64,000 nt of DNA from positions 2,240,001-2,304,000 of the forward strand of contig OY968769.1 in assembly GCA_963695345.1 (NCBI GenBank), read 5' to 3'. How positions within the stretch are numbered: position 1 is the first letter of the stretch; the number at the start of each line of letters is the position of its first letter. Position numbers and translations under genes: made by a program. This document shows, piece after piece, positions 22,650 to 32,770 of this stretch. The notes beneath the pieces are model-generated. The model made no database searches. It saw only the letters and a list, made by a program, of their open reading frames with translations, and had not been told where the DNA came from. This DNA is from an uncultured Methanomassiliicoccales archaeon (lineage in GTDB: Archaea; Thermoplasmatota; Thermoplasmata; Methanomassiliicoccales; UBA472).

Positions 22650-23811
22650 TCAGTGTGCTGGCCTGACATGGACCGTTTCTTCATATACCCGCAGGGTCGC
22701 CTCGGCCACCCGGTCCCAGGAAAGCATCAGTTCGCTGAGGCGCAGGTTCTCCCTCGCCAGGACAGTTCTCTTGGCAGGGTCGAGCAGCAGTTGGATCATG
22801 CGGGAGGCCAAGCTCGTCCGGGTCATTCGGGGCTACCAGCTCTTCCTCCACGCCAATCACTTCAGGTATGGCACCGACACGCGATGCCAGCACGGCACAT
22901 CCCGCCTGCATGGCGTCGACCACGGTGAAACCGTACCCTTCGAGCCTGGAAGGCACTATGCACAGGTCGGCGACGCCGTACAGGGCGTTCAGGCGCTCCC
23001 TCGTAACGAAATCCGTGAAGACCACCCGGTCGCCCATCCCAGCCCGCTCCATTCGGTCCTTCAACTCGGCCACGTTACCTTTTCCGACCACAACGAGTTT
23101 GGCGGTCGTGGACTCGGCAACCTTGGGAAAAGCCTCCAAGAGAACATCCAGTCCCTTGCGGGGATCGTCCAGCCTACCGACGAAGAGGACTATCGGAGAT
23201 ATGCCGCCAAGAGCATTGCGCTCCGCCTCGACCGATTCCTGGGGCGGTATCGTCCTTTGGTCCATTCCGTCGGGGATGACAGATATCTTGGATGGGTTGG
23301 CCTGATAGTGCAATACCAATCGGTCCTTGGTGAATTGACTCACGGAAACGATGTGTTGACTTTTCCTTACCGCCTTTTTCTCCACCATGGACATGAGGAT
23401 GCTCTCCTCCGCGCCCATCCTCACCATCCGTTGGAATGTTCCAAGATCGGAGACCTCGGCCGCATCCCGGACCGAATGATGGGCGGTCAGGACCACAGGG
23501 GTCTGGGCCAGGCGTCTGAGGAACCAGTAGGAGAGCCCGTTGACGTGGACGACATCGAACTTACCCGATGCCTCTTCGGACCTTATCGCCCTCGGCAGGT
23601 CCATCCAGAAACGCATGGTGCTCTTATCTCCATCCTTGGAGTAATCGCTGATCTTTATGCCCGGTACGTACGCGCCCTTACATTCCTGGGGCGTGAAGAT
23701 GACCAGCTCATGTCCTTTGGCCGCCAAGGCCTCGGTCAACCGATAGGCGTAATGCCCCGCGCCACCCCTGATCCTGGGGGGATATTCAGCCGTCACGAAT
23801 GCGATTCGCAT
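22650..23811 (-). CDS. GT4 glycosyltransferase (C-terminal frameshift)
   Basis: MRIAFVTAEYPP, VLFVGRL..RKG, PSRLEGYGFTVVDAM. Confidence 0.9.
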
Positions 23812-24923
23812 AGGTCTCCTCGAACCTCCTCACGATCTTTTCCTCGTTAAGTTCGTTCGCCACGAATCTATGTCCCTTCGCGGCGAGAACATCCATCTCA
23901 TCCGGTGACATCATCGCTTTTCCCATGGCTTCGGCCAAGGCCATCTCATCTCCGTAGGGTACGACCAGGCCGCACCCCTCCCTCTCGATGATCTCCCCGC
24001 AACCGGTACCGGAACAGACAATGACCGGGATATCACAGAGCAATGCCTCGAACGGCACCAGCCCGAATGCTTCATAGGGGGACGGGTACACCAGGAGATC
24101 GGCGTCCTGATAGGCGGAAGCCACATCACTGATGTTGTCCGGGAAAACGACCGATCCTCCGAGCTCCAGCTTTGCGGCCTCGGCCTCTAGCTCTTTGCGG
24201 TGACCGCCCTCATCGGGTCCGATGATCACCAAAGAGCAGGTCGGTTCTGTTCTCCAGTCTCCGGTAAGAATTGAGCAGGAAGATCAGGCCCTTCAGGCGG
24301 CTTACTCGACCCAGATAGAGGATGATCTTGCGATCGCCCGCGCCAACATTACTTCGGAAAGTACCAACGGGCGAGGTGGTCTTCCTCTCCCTGACCACAT
24401 TGGGAACTATCTCCACCTGGGAGGGGAGCGCTCCCAACTTGACGTACATGGCCTTTTCAGATTCGGACAGGGCGACGAGGCATGACGCGTCCCGGATTAT
24501 GCCCTTCCCCCAAACCCGGTCATAGAGCACCTTAATGGTTCTCTTGCCCAGATCTACAGGCAGCGAACCGTGGGCCTGCAATAGGTAAGGCGTCTCCGAT
24601 CGCTGACATCGTTTCCGGACCAGGATGTTCTGATAGGTCCGGTAGTTATGGGCATGGACCAGATCGAAATCATCGATCCTTTCCTTGAGCCAAGAGCCCA
24701 TCTCGGGCGTGTACTGCAGCACGCCGGCATTGGCCTTGCAGCGGAACGGTATCACATCGACGCCCGGAATGGAATGTGCGAACTCGCTGTCAAAATTGAA
24801 GTCAGTGGTGACCACCGTGATATCATGGCCCTTCTGTTGCAGTGCCTTGATAAGGTTGTACGGAGCGATGACCGATCCACCCATGTTGGGCGAATAGTAT
24901 TGCATCACCTGTAAGATCCGCAT
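23786..24923 (-). CDS. GT4 glycosyltransferase (frameshift near 24240)
   Basis: MRILQV, LYLGRV..LKGL, PSPYEAFGLVPFEAL. Confidence 0.9.
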
Positions 24924-25118
24924 CTATCGCCTCATAATCCCTGATTCAGTGCTTGCCCGCATCCGATCATTGGCCATCATCCGAACTTGATGTGCCTAAT
25001 CATACGATTTCGTTATAATATGTTTCCGATTTCGGTATCTCGGGCGATCTTTTTGGTGGACGATCGAGAGTTGCGATGATAAGATTATCAACTATCAGGA
25101 AATATTATCTAACCAAGT

Positions 25119-26315
25119 GTGTCGACCGTGAAATTGCTGGTAATCCAAGAATCGGATTGGACGGGTGTGGGATCTCACGACACCCACCATCTCTTCGAGA
25201 GGCTGTCACTCAAGGATAACGAGATCAGGGTCATCGATTTCGAGATCCGATGGCAGAAGTCGAAGAGCTCGAAGTACTTGAGCAGGAGAACGGTCACCGA
25301 CAACACCGCCAGGCTCTATCCAGGGGCGAAAGTGACCCTCATCCGGCCATCGATGATACGTCTGCCGATCCTCGACTACCTGTCCATCACCTTGACCCAC
25401 AGGAAGGAGATCGCCAGGCAGATCAGGGAATTCAAGCCGGACATCATCATCGGCCTGGGAATCATCAACGCCTCCATTGCCCGGCAATCCGCCCGGGCCA
25501 ACAATATCCCGTTCTTCTATTACTTGCTGGACGAGGTGCACCTGCTGATACCCCAGAGAGTCCTCCAGGGGATCGGAAAGGTGCTGGAATCGGAGAACAT
25601 CAGGAACGCCGACAAGGTATTGGTCACCAATTCGGCGATGAAGGAATACGCGATCGGCATGGGTTCGAGTGCGGAGAGGACCGAGATCATACGCCACGGT
25701 GTCAACCTGGACAAGTTCCGTAGTGCCGTAGGGACCCGTGTCCGGGAAGAGCTTCACTTTGCCGAAAGCGACGTGGTCCTCCTATTCATGGGCTGGCTGT
25801 ACACGTTCTCGGGAATGAAGGAGGTGGCGGAGGGGTTGCTGAAACAGCCCAATCCGAACATCAAGCTGATGCTGATAGGGAAGGGGGAGCTCCTCGAGGA
25901 CCTGAAACGGATGGCCTCGACCAACGAACGGATCGTGGTGGTGGATTGGGTGGACCACGGGAAGATCCCGGAATACGTCGCCGCCTCGGACATCTGCCTT
26001 TTACCCTGCCAAGATGTCCCCGTCATGAAGAGGATCATCCCCATCAAGGTGATCGAGTACCTGGCGTCCGGAAAACCGGTCATCGCCTCCTCCATGGAAG
26101 GACTGGTCAAGGAGTTCGGCGACAGCTCCGGGGTGGTCTTCATCGACGATCCCTCCCAGGTCTTCGCGAAAACGGAGGAGATCCTCAGCGCATCCAATAT
26201 GGAGAGGTCGAAGAAGGCCGCAATAAGATACTCGGATTCGTGCGACTGGTCGCACATCTACGACAATTTCGAGGACCTATTGATCAGGTCGATGGCGGAA
26301 AGGAACTCCCGCTGA
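25119..26315 (+). CDS. GT4 glycosyltransferase
   Basis: HGVNLDKF, SDICLLP, PIKVIEYLASGKPVI. Confidence 0.9.
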   Translation: MSTVKLLVIQESDWTGVGSHDTHHLFERLSLKDNEIRVIDFEIRWQKSKSSKYLSRRTVTDNTARLYPGAKVTLIRPSMIRLPILDYLSITLTHRKEIARQIREFKPDIIIGLGIINASIARQSARANNIPFFYYLLDEVHLLIPQRVLQGIGKVLESENIRNADKVLVTNSAMKEYAIGMGSSAERTEIIRHGVNLDKFRSAVGTRVREELHFAESDVVLLFMGWLYTFSGMKEVAEGLLKQPNPNIKLMLIGKGELLEDLKRMASTNERIVVVDWVDHGKIPEYVAASDICLLPCQDVPVMKRIIPIKVIEYLASGKPVIASSMEGLVKEFGDSSGVVFIDDPSQVFAKTEEILSASNMERSKKAAIRYSDSCDWSHIYDNFEDLLIRSMAERNSR

Positions 26316-26322
26316 ACCGTGG

Positions 26323-27456
26323 TCAATGTCCCTTGTGATGCCAGGTCCTGGCGTTCACGACCTTGGAATAGCCGAGGACCAGCTTGGCGACGATCTCCGA
26401 CACGTTATCGACATGGTATTCCCTGAGCAATTTCGTACGTTCCCTTCCGTTCGTTTCGACGGACATTTCGATCGATCTTAGGATGGACCGGCTGTCGATA
26501 CCTCCGAGCACGATGGTGCCCTGCTCAAGTGCCTCGGGACGCTCCATCGAGGTGCGCATCGAGACCGCCGGGAAATCGAGCATGTAGGATTCCTCCGGGA
26601 TCGTCCCCGAATCAGAGAGCACGCAATAGGCCTTGGACTGCAGTTTGCAGTAATCGGAGAACCCGAACGGCTCAAGGTTTCTCACCAACGGGTGGAAATG
26701 GATACCCTTCTCGATTATCTTCTTCATGGTGCGGGGGTGCGTCGAGAATATCACCGGAAAACCGTATGTCTCCGCCACCTGGTTGATCGAAGAGACCAAT
26801 TCCATCAATTTTTCATCGATGTCCAGGTTCTCCTCCCGGTGCATGCTGACCAAGAAGAACTCCTTCTCCCGCAGGCCCAGTTTCTCGACTACGGTCGAGG
26901 AAGCGATCTTGGCCTCATTGGCCCTGATGACCTCGTACATGGGCGACCCGGTAACGAACACCGTGTCCTTGTTCATGCCCTCGGAGATCAGGTATCGGCG
27001 GCTGTGCTCGGTGTAGGGAAGGTTCACATCCGAGAGATGGTCCACCACCTTCCGGTTGACCTCCTCCGGGACGTTCATGTCAAAGCAGCGGTTCCCCGCC
27101 TCCATGTGGAAGATCGGTATCTTGAGTCGTTTCGCGGAATACGCCGCCAGGCTGCTGTTGGTATCGCCCAGTATCAATACCGCTTCGGGCGATTCCCTCT
27201 GCATGACGTCGTACGAACGGGAGATCACGTTCCCCACGGTCTCCCCCAGGTTCTTCCCCGGGGTCTCCAGGAAGTAGTCCGGCCTTCTTATACCCAGCTC
27301 CTCGAAGAAGATGTCGTTGAGCTTGGGGTCGTAGTTCTGTCCGGTATGGACCAGGACATGGTCGAACTGTCTATCGAACAATTTGATGATCTCGGACAGC
27401 CGAATGATCTCCGGCCTGGTTCCGACGATGGTCATTACCTTCATCTTGCTGCTCAT
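26323..27456 (-). CDS. Non-hydrolysing UDP-HexNAc 2-epimerase (FnlC/WbjD/WbvD-like)
   Basis: VGTRPEIIRL, HTGQNYD, HMEAGNRCFD.NVPEEVNR, SDSGT, ERPEA. Confidence 0.93.
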   Translation of the reverse strand: MSSKMKVMTIVGTRPEIIRLSEIIKLFDRQFDHVLVHTGQNYDPKLNDIFFEELGIRRPDYFLETPGKNLGETVGNVISRSYDVMQRESPEAVLILGDTNSSLAAYSAKRLKIPIFHMEAGNRCFDMNVPEEVNRKVVDHLSDVNLPYTEHSRRYLISEGMNKDTVFVTGSPMYEVIRANEAKIASSTVVEKLGLREKEFFLVSMHREENLDIDEKLMELVSSINQVAETYGFPVIFSTHPRTMKKIIEKGIHFHPLVRNLEPFGFSDYCKLQSKAYCVLSDSGTIPEESYMLDFPAVSMRTSMERPEALEQGTIVLGGIDSRSILRSIEMSVETNGRERTKLLREYHVDNVSEIVAKLVLGYSKVVNARTWHHKGH

Positions 27457-27465
27457 TCACAGGCC

Positions 27466-28338
27466 TCATTGATAGTGGGAATACCATTCTGGATGCTGGT
27501 TCATCCATTCGTGCATGGAAGCGATCTGCGACCGGTAGTCCTTGGGCACGAAACCCAGGTCCTCCGAGGGGATGAGCCTTTTGTCCGCGTTCGCACCGTC
27601 CACGCTACTAATCACGACATCCCTGGCGAACTCATCCTGGAACATCCTCAACAGGTCCAGTTTCGAAATCCCACCGGGAACCGAGAAATGCACCAGTCCA
27701 TTCGGTGTGGAACTGGATATGATCACATGTTCAATATATTTTGCCAGCTCCGTGGTCATCACTCCCGACCACATCGCTCTCGGATAGCCGGTCACGTTCC
27801 CCCGCTGGCTCATGAACCAGTGGAACAGTCCGGTGCCGTTGATCTTGAGCTCGGGGCCGGTTATGGAGGTGCGGATGGTGACATCCCTCTCATTGACGAC
27901 CTCGCCCAGCGCCTTGGTCCGGTCGTACGCGCTGTCCCCATCGCGGAAATCCATCGTACCATAGGGGCCGTTCCTGCCGGAGAAGACGCAGTCAGTGCTG
28001 AGATGAACCAGCCTTCCGCCGTACCGGTCGCACAATGACACAAGATGATATGGCAACAGGCTGTTGACCTCGATCGCTCTCTTTGTGTCCTTCTCCGCCT
28101 CCCTGATCAAAACCCCGACGCAGTTAACGATCACGTCGGGCAAGAGCTCCGCCACCGCTTTCTCCAACAACTCATGGTCGGTGGCATCGATCGTTATCGT
28201 CCTTTCGTTGAACCTGCTCCTTGAGTAGTTGCTGACGGCGAGGGAAGGGTTGGCCTCCAGACAGGCGGTGACCACGTGCCCGGCCATTCCGGTCGAGCCG
28301 AGGACCATCACCTTGGTCTTATCCTCACATCTTCTCAT
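27466..28338 (-). CDS. RmlD-like SDR 4-reductase (WbvR/QnlA-like)
   Basis: LGSTGMAGH, HLSTDCVFSG, YDRTKALGE, IRTSITGPEL; no cupin domain. Confidence 0.85.
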   Translation of the reverse strand: MRRCEDKTKVMVLGSTGMAGHVVTACLEANPSLAVSNYSRSRFNERTITIDATDHELLEKAVAELLPDVIVNCVGVLIREAEKDTKRAIEVNSLLPYHLVSLCDRYGGRLVHLSTDCVFSGRNGPYGTMDFRDGDSAYDRTKALGEVVNERDVTIRTSITGPELKINGTGLFHWFMSQRGNVTGYPRAMWSGVMTTELAKYIEHVIISSSTPNGLVHFSVPGGISKLDLLRMFQDEFARDVVISSVDGANADKRLIPSEDLGFVPKDYRSQIASMHEWMNQHPEWYSHYQ

Positions 28339-29332
28339 GCAGTTCTCCCAGTTTCTCTAGCAGGGCCACAGTGCCATCGACGTCCAGTTGTTCGGTGTTG
28401 TCCGAATTGTACTCCTGTGCGTTCTCGACATCGTGGCTCCCCTTCTCGAAGTACTTCTCGTAGTTGAGGTCACGGTTGTCTGCGGCGATCTGGAAATAGT
28501 TGCCCATGTCGTTGGCCCAGGTCATTTCCTCCCGGGTGATCAGGGTCTCGTACAGCTTCTCCCCGTGCCGGGTGCCGATGATCTGCTTCGCGACCTTCTT
28601 TCCCTTGAAACGCATGATCGCCTCGGCAAGCACATCTATGGTGCATGCCGGGGCCTTCTGCACGAAGATGTCGCCCTGCTCACCATGGTCGAACGCGAAG
28701 ACCACCAGGTCGACCGCGTCGTCAAGGCTCATCATGAAGCGGGTCATCTTCGGGTCGGTGATGGTGACGGGGCCGCCCCTTTCGATCTGATGATTGAACA
28801 GCGGGATCACAGAACCGCGGCTGGCCATGACATTGCCGTATCGGGTGATGCTCAGCAACGGTCCGCCGTTACCAACGACCCTGCTTCTGGCGATCACGTT
28901 CTTCTCCATCAGGGCCTTGGACATGCCCATGGCACTGATCGGGTAGGCCGCCTTGTCGGTGCTCAGGAATATCGCTTTCTTGACGTCGTGGTGTATGCAC
29001 TGGTTGATCACGTTGTCCGACCCGTAGACGTTGGTCTTGACGGCTTCCAGGGGGAAGAACTCGCAGGAGGGTATCTGCTTCAGCGCGGCCGCGTGGAACA
29101 CATAGTCCACGCCATTGAACGTATCACGAATAGACGATTCGTCGCGGACATTGCCGATGTAGAATTTGATCTTGGAATCCCGGTAATGCTTCCGCATGTC
29201 GTCCTGTTTCTTCTCGTCCCTCGATACGATTCTTATCTCCTCGATGTCCGTCTTGATAAAACGCCTTAGGACAGCGTTTCCAAATGACCCTGTTCCTCCG
29301 GTGATTAGTAGGACTTTATTCTTGAGATCCAT
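28325..29332 (-). CDS. fnlA: UDP-GlcNAc 4,6-dehydratase/epimerase (FnlA/WbjB/CapE)
   Basis: ITGGTGSFG, SRDEKKQDDMR, HAAALKQIPSCEFFPLEA, LSTDKAAYP, TRYGNVMASRGSVIP, RDLNY. Confidence 0.93.
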   Translation of the reverse strand: MDLKNKVLLITGGTGSFGNAVLRRFIKTDIEEIRIVSRDEKKQDDMRKHYRDSKIKFYIGNVRDESSIRDTFNGVDYVFHAAALKQIPSCEFFPLEAVKTNVYGSDNVINQCIHHDVKKAIFLSTDKAAYPISAMGMSKALMEKNVIARSRVVGNGGPLLSITRYGNVMASRGSVIPLFNHQIERGGPVTITDPKMTRFMMSLDDAVDLVVFAFDHGEQGDIFVQKAPACTIDVLAEAIMRFKGKKVAKQIIGTRHGEKLYETLITREEMTWANDMGNYFQIAADNRDLNYEKYFEKGSHDVENAQEYNSDNTEQLDVDGTVALLEKLGELHEKM

Positions 29333-29529
29333 TTGGCGACCTTCCGATATCTTGCTCGGGAAAACAACTCAGCATCAAGTATTTATGGATGTTTTCGTTA
29401 ATATTGGCTTTGGGAACGTCTTTCCATTGCGCAGTATTTGATCCCAATCTCAGTGGAATGCTCTTTTCATGATTTTCAGTTCAATTAAAATACGCTCGGC
29501 TCAAATCCATCGGTCAAGGTCGATCCTCC

Positions 29530-30554
29530 ATGGCCGACATCATCACCGTCAAGAATCTCGTCAAGCTCTACGACCCGGACATTCGCGCGGTCGACGACAT
29601 ATCATTCGCCGTCGCCGAGGGCGAGATCTTCGGCTTCCTCGGACCGAACGGCGCGGGCAAGAGCACGGCCATCAAGATCCTGACCACCCTGCTCAAGAGG
29701 ACCTCCGGCGACGTCAGGATCAAAGGCTTCGACATTGAGGACGACGCTCGGGAGATACGCAACCTCATCGGCTACGCCTCGCAGGAGATCGGCATCGACA
29801 CTCGACCTCACCGGCCGGGAGAACATCTACCTGCAATGCCGCTTCTATCACATCCCCAAGGACAAGGCGCAGCAGAAGACGAACGAACTTCTCAGGACCG
29901 TCGGTCTGACCGACGTCGCCGACCGCCTCGCCGGCACCTACTCCGGCGGAATGAAACGCCGTCTCGATCTGGCCACCGCCCTGGTCTCCGACCCGGCGAT
30001 TCTGTTCCTGGACGAGCCGACGACCGGTCTCGACCCCCAATCGAGCGCGGGCGATCTGGGACCACATCCGCGACCTGAACCGCAAAGGGCACGACCATCT
30101 TCCTCACCACCCAGTACATGGAGGAGGCGGACCAGCTGGCTCACCGTCTCTGCATCATCGACAACGGCAAGATCGTCGCCGAGGGCGAACCGGGCAAGCT
30201 CAAGGGCGCAGATCGGCGCTGACATGATCAAGCTGGTGGTAAGGAACGGCGATGACCCGAAGCGTCATGAGCAGGGCGATGGAGATTGTGAGGCAGCTCC
30301 CGGGCGTCAAGGAGGTGCAGGACTGCGCCAAGGGAGGGATCGACTGCAGCGAAGGCGTCGTGATCTACGGCGCCGACGGTAGCAACCTGGTCCCGCTGAT
30401 CGTCCGCTCGCTCGACAGCGTACACATCGAGATCGACAACTTGGTGCTGGCCAAACCGTCACTGGACGACGTTTTCATCAGGTTCACCGGTAGGCAGCTC
30501 CGCACCGACCTGCAGAAGCTACCGCCGAAGGCCGGTTTCCACCGGAGGCGCTAG
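29530..30554 (+). CDS. ABC-2 exporter ATP-binding subunit (DrrA-like), frameshifted
   Basis: [36 protein letters not shown]. Confidence 0.9.
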
Positions 30555-30556
30555 CG

Positions 30557-31356
30557 ATGAGGATGCAGTTCGACTTTCCCGATGGAGGTCGCCGCCATCT
30601 TCAGCCGATGGATGCGCAAGTTGTTCCGCCGGCCGACTAACCTGACGTTCTCCATGATCCAGCCGCTGATCTGGTTCCTTCTTTTCACCCAGGCGTTCCA
30701 GGCAGTGGCCGACATTCCCGGCTTCCAGCAGATACACCGGAACGAGTTCCTACCTGACGTTCTTCTCCGCCGCGGTCATCGTGCAGACGGTGCTCACGTC
30801 CGCCCTGCAGTCCGGCCTGGGCATGGTGGACGATGTCGAGTCTGGCTACCTGGACAAGATGAGGGCGACCCCGGTCCGCCGGTCGTCGATCCTGCTGGGC
30901 AAGGTATTCTCCGATGGTTTCCGCATCGTCATGCAGGTGTCGATCATCATCGTGCTAGGGTACGCTGTTGGGCGTCAACGTAGTCACCGGACTTCCCGGC
31001 ATCGCCCTGATCCTGATCTTGGCCATGTTCTTCGGCATCGCCTGGTCCGGCATCTCCACGTTCGTGGCGCTGACCACCAGGAACTCGGAGTCGACACTGG
31101 TCATCTCGATCATGTTCGTGTTCCCGATGCTGTTCCTCTCTACAGCGGTCATGCCGAAGCAGTTCCTGGCACCCTGGGTGCAGATCTTCTCCAGCATATA
31201 ACCCGGTCTCATACGTGGCCGACGCGGTGCGCGGGCTTGATCATCCATGGCTATGATTGGACGCTCATCGGACAGGCCTTCCTGACCATATTGATCGTCG
31301 GGGCGATCACGCTCACTGCGACCACCATGATGTTCCGCAGGGCATTGGCGAAGTGA
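30557..31356 (+). CDS. ABC-2 permease (DrrB-like), frameshifted
   Basis: IQPLIWFLLF, GYLDKMRATPV, FPMLFLS; hydrophobic segments. Confidence 0.85.
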
Positions 31357-31458
31357 CAGTATTCTCGCATCATTGAGCTCAGGCGAATCGATCATCGTGC
31401 GAACGTTCAAAATCTGATGTCAGAACCACTATGGGAACACCGCCTCGTCACGGTACCG

Positions 31459-32049
31459 TCAGCGTTGGGAGACCTTGTAATGCATAAGGATCATTGAAAA
31501 GTAACTGATCACAAACATGACTATCGCGACATGCCATCCTAGAATGATCGGATGATGACGAGCTACTGTAAAGTAGCTAATGGGATTGGACAGGATAAGG
31601 AAACAAACGTAAGCCCATATCGACGTGCTGATCGACCATGCGACCAACGCCAGCATCCCAATGTAACTAAGCTTTCGCACCAGTGATTTTCCACTTGTAT
31701 GATAACCGTCCCCGCCACCACCCGGTCTCCTGAACACACTTCCGTGCCCTGAGTAATACCTGATCGCCGCATACAAGAGAAAGGAGACGAGACTGGCTGC
31801 TAGCATCAGCACTCCCGTAATATAGAATGTAAAAAAAGGGATGTAATCGATGAAAAGATCATTCAGATGCACAATTTCTGGATTGAATGTTATTCTCAAT
31901 GCAACATATATGAAGAACAATAGGCTGTACAACCCATTGGCGAAAACAAATGCCCCGGCTAACCGGAGCCATATGGACCCCTTTCGATCCACTGGTATAT
32001 TCTGAAATGTATCTTCCAACGAGCTTTCTCCCCAACTTCGCATTCGCAT
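31459..32049 (-). CDS. Hypothetical 4-TM membrane protein
   Basis: Four hydrophobic segments; AT-rich; no recognisable motif. Confidence 0.55.
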   Translation of the reverse strand: MRMRSWGESSLEDTFQNIPVDRKGSIWLRLAGAFVFANGLYSLLFFIYVALRITFNPEIVHLNDLFIDYIPFFTFYITGVLMLAASLVSFLLYAAIRYYSGHGSVFRRPGGGGDGYHTSGKSLVRKLSYIGMLALVAWSISTSIWAYVCFLILSNPISYFTVARHHPIILGWHVAIVMFVISYFSMILMHYKVSQR

Positions 32050-32301
32050 CTCAGTAATTCAAGCTTTCATTCAAATGAATGTAGGTCCCGATGTGATATT
32101 GTCGATCTCCACGCCATGATCTGGACGTTACGGCGGCAAGGAAGCGCCGATGGTTCCTGCAATGCTCACGTTATATTAACTTGGCGATATCATTTGTAAG
32201 TTTAATATCAATAATTGGTATATTTACGATATCGAAATGCCCATTCAGGACTTATTATGATGAATAATTTCTATATAATTTTGTTTATATCTCATCAATA
32301 G

Positions 32302-32745
32302 GTTTCCGACAGTGGGCGGACAAAACGGAATGGCCCACGTCGGGAGCATTGTTCGCAGTGCCGTCGTATCTGATTTCTGTCGGTACGATATGCAAAGCAT
32401 CTCGGATCGATCTTTGATCGGGATGTAAAGGCCGTGCGACCATCGTGCGATTCTTCGATCGCAGTATGGGAGAAACAAATCCTACGATGACCAAAGACTC
32501 GTTGGGTCGTCCCGTTCGATCTGCTTGAGCGTAACTTAGGGAATGAGGTTGAGCAGGCATGACAATAAGATATTCTGGGAAAAATGATAATCACGGGATG
32601 GGGGTTGGAACGGTCGCCCCGGTCGCAGCTAAACCCGCTGCCTTGGTCGATATGGCAATTCTGAACTGCAGTGCGAACAGAGCGAGGGACCGGGCCTGGA
32701 TTATTGGCGATCAGGCGATGAGAAAGGACTCCACCGGGAGCTTAG
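32302..32745 (+). ncRNA. Candidate structured leader/ncRNA upstream of beta-helix protein 2
   Basis: Consecutive hairpins with many G-U pairs: 32302-47, 32363-89, 32397-426, 32440-69, 32486-511, 32521-56, multibranch 32618-94, 32694-716; TATA-like TTTATAT at about 32284. Confidence 0.6.
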
Positions 32746-32770
32746 ATTCTCGAACCAGGGGCTGTCTTTA

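Noticed and set aside
26692-28038. Long antisense ORFs (also 13084-14097, 22771-23850, 28388-29269, 53558-54445, 60256-61524)
   Set aside because: Shadows of well-supported genes on the opposite strand in GC-rich DNA
32595-32645. Resemblance to RNase P (ggttggaacgg..cccc) or to the c-di-AMP riboswitch (cagctaa)
   Set aside because: The other diagnostic motifs (GAGGAAAGUCC and AACAGAA..CUUA; GCUGAAUC and GGGGUGAAUC) are absent; kept as an unknown structured RNA
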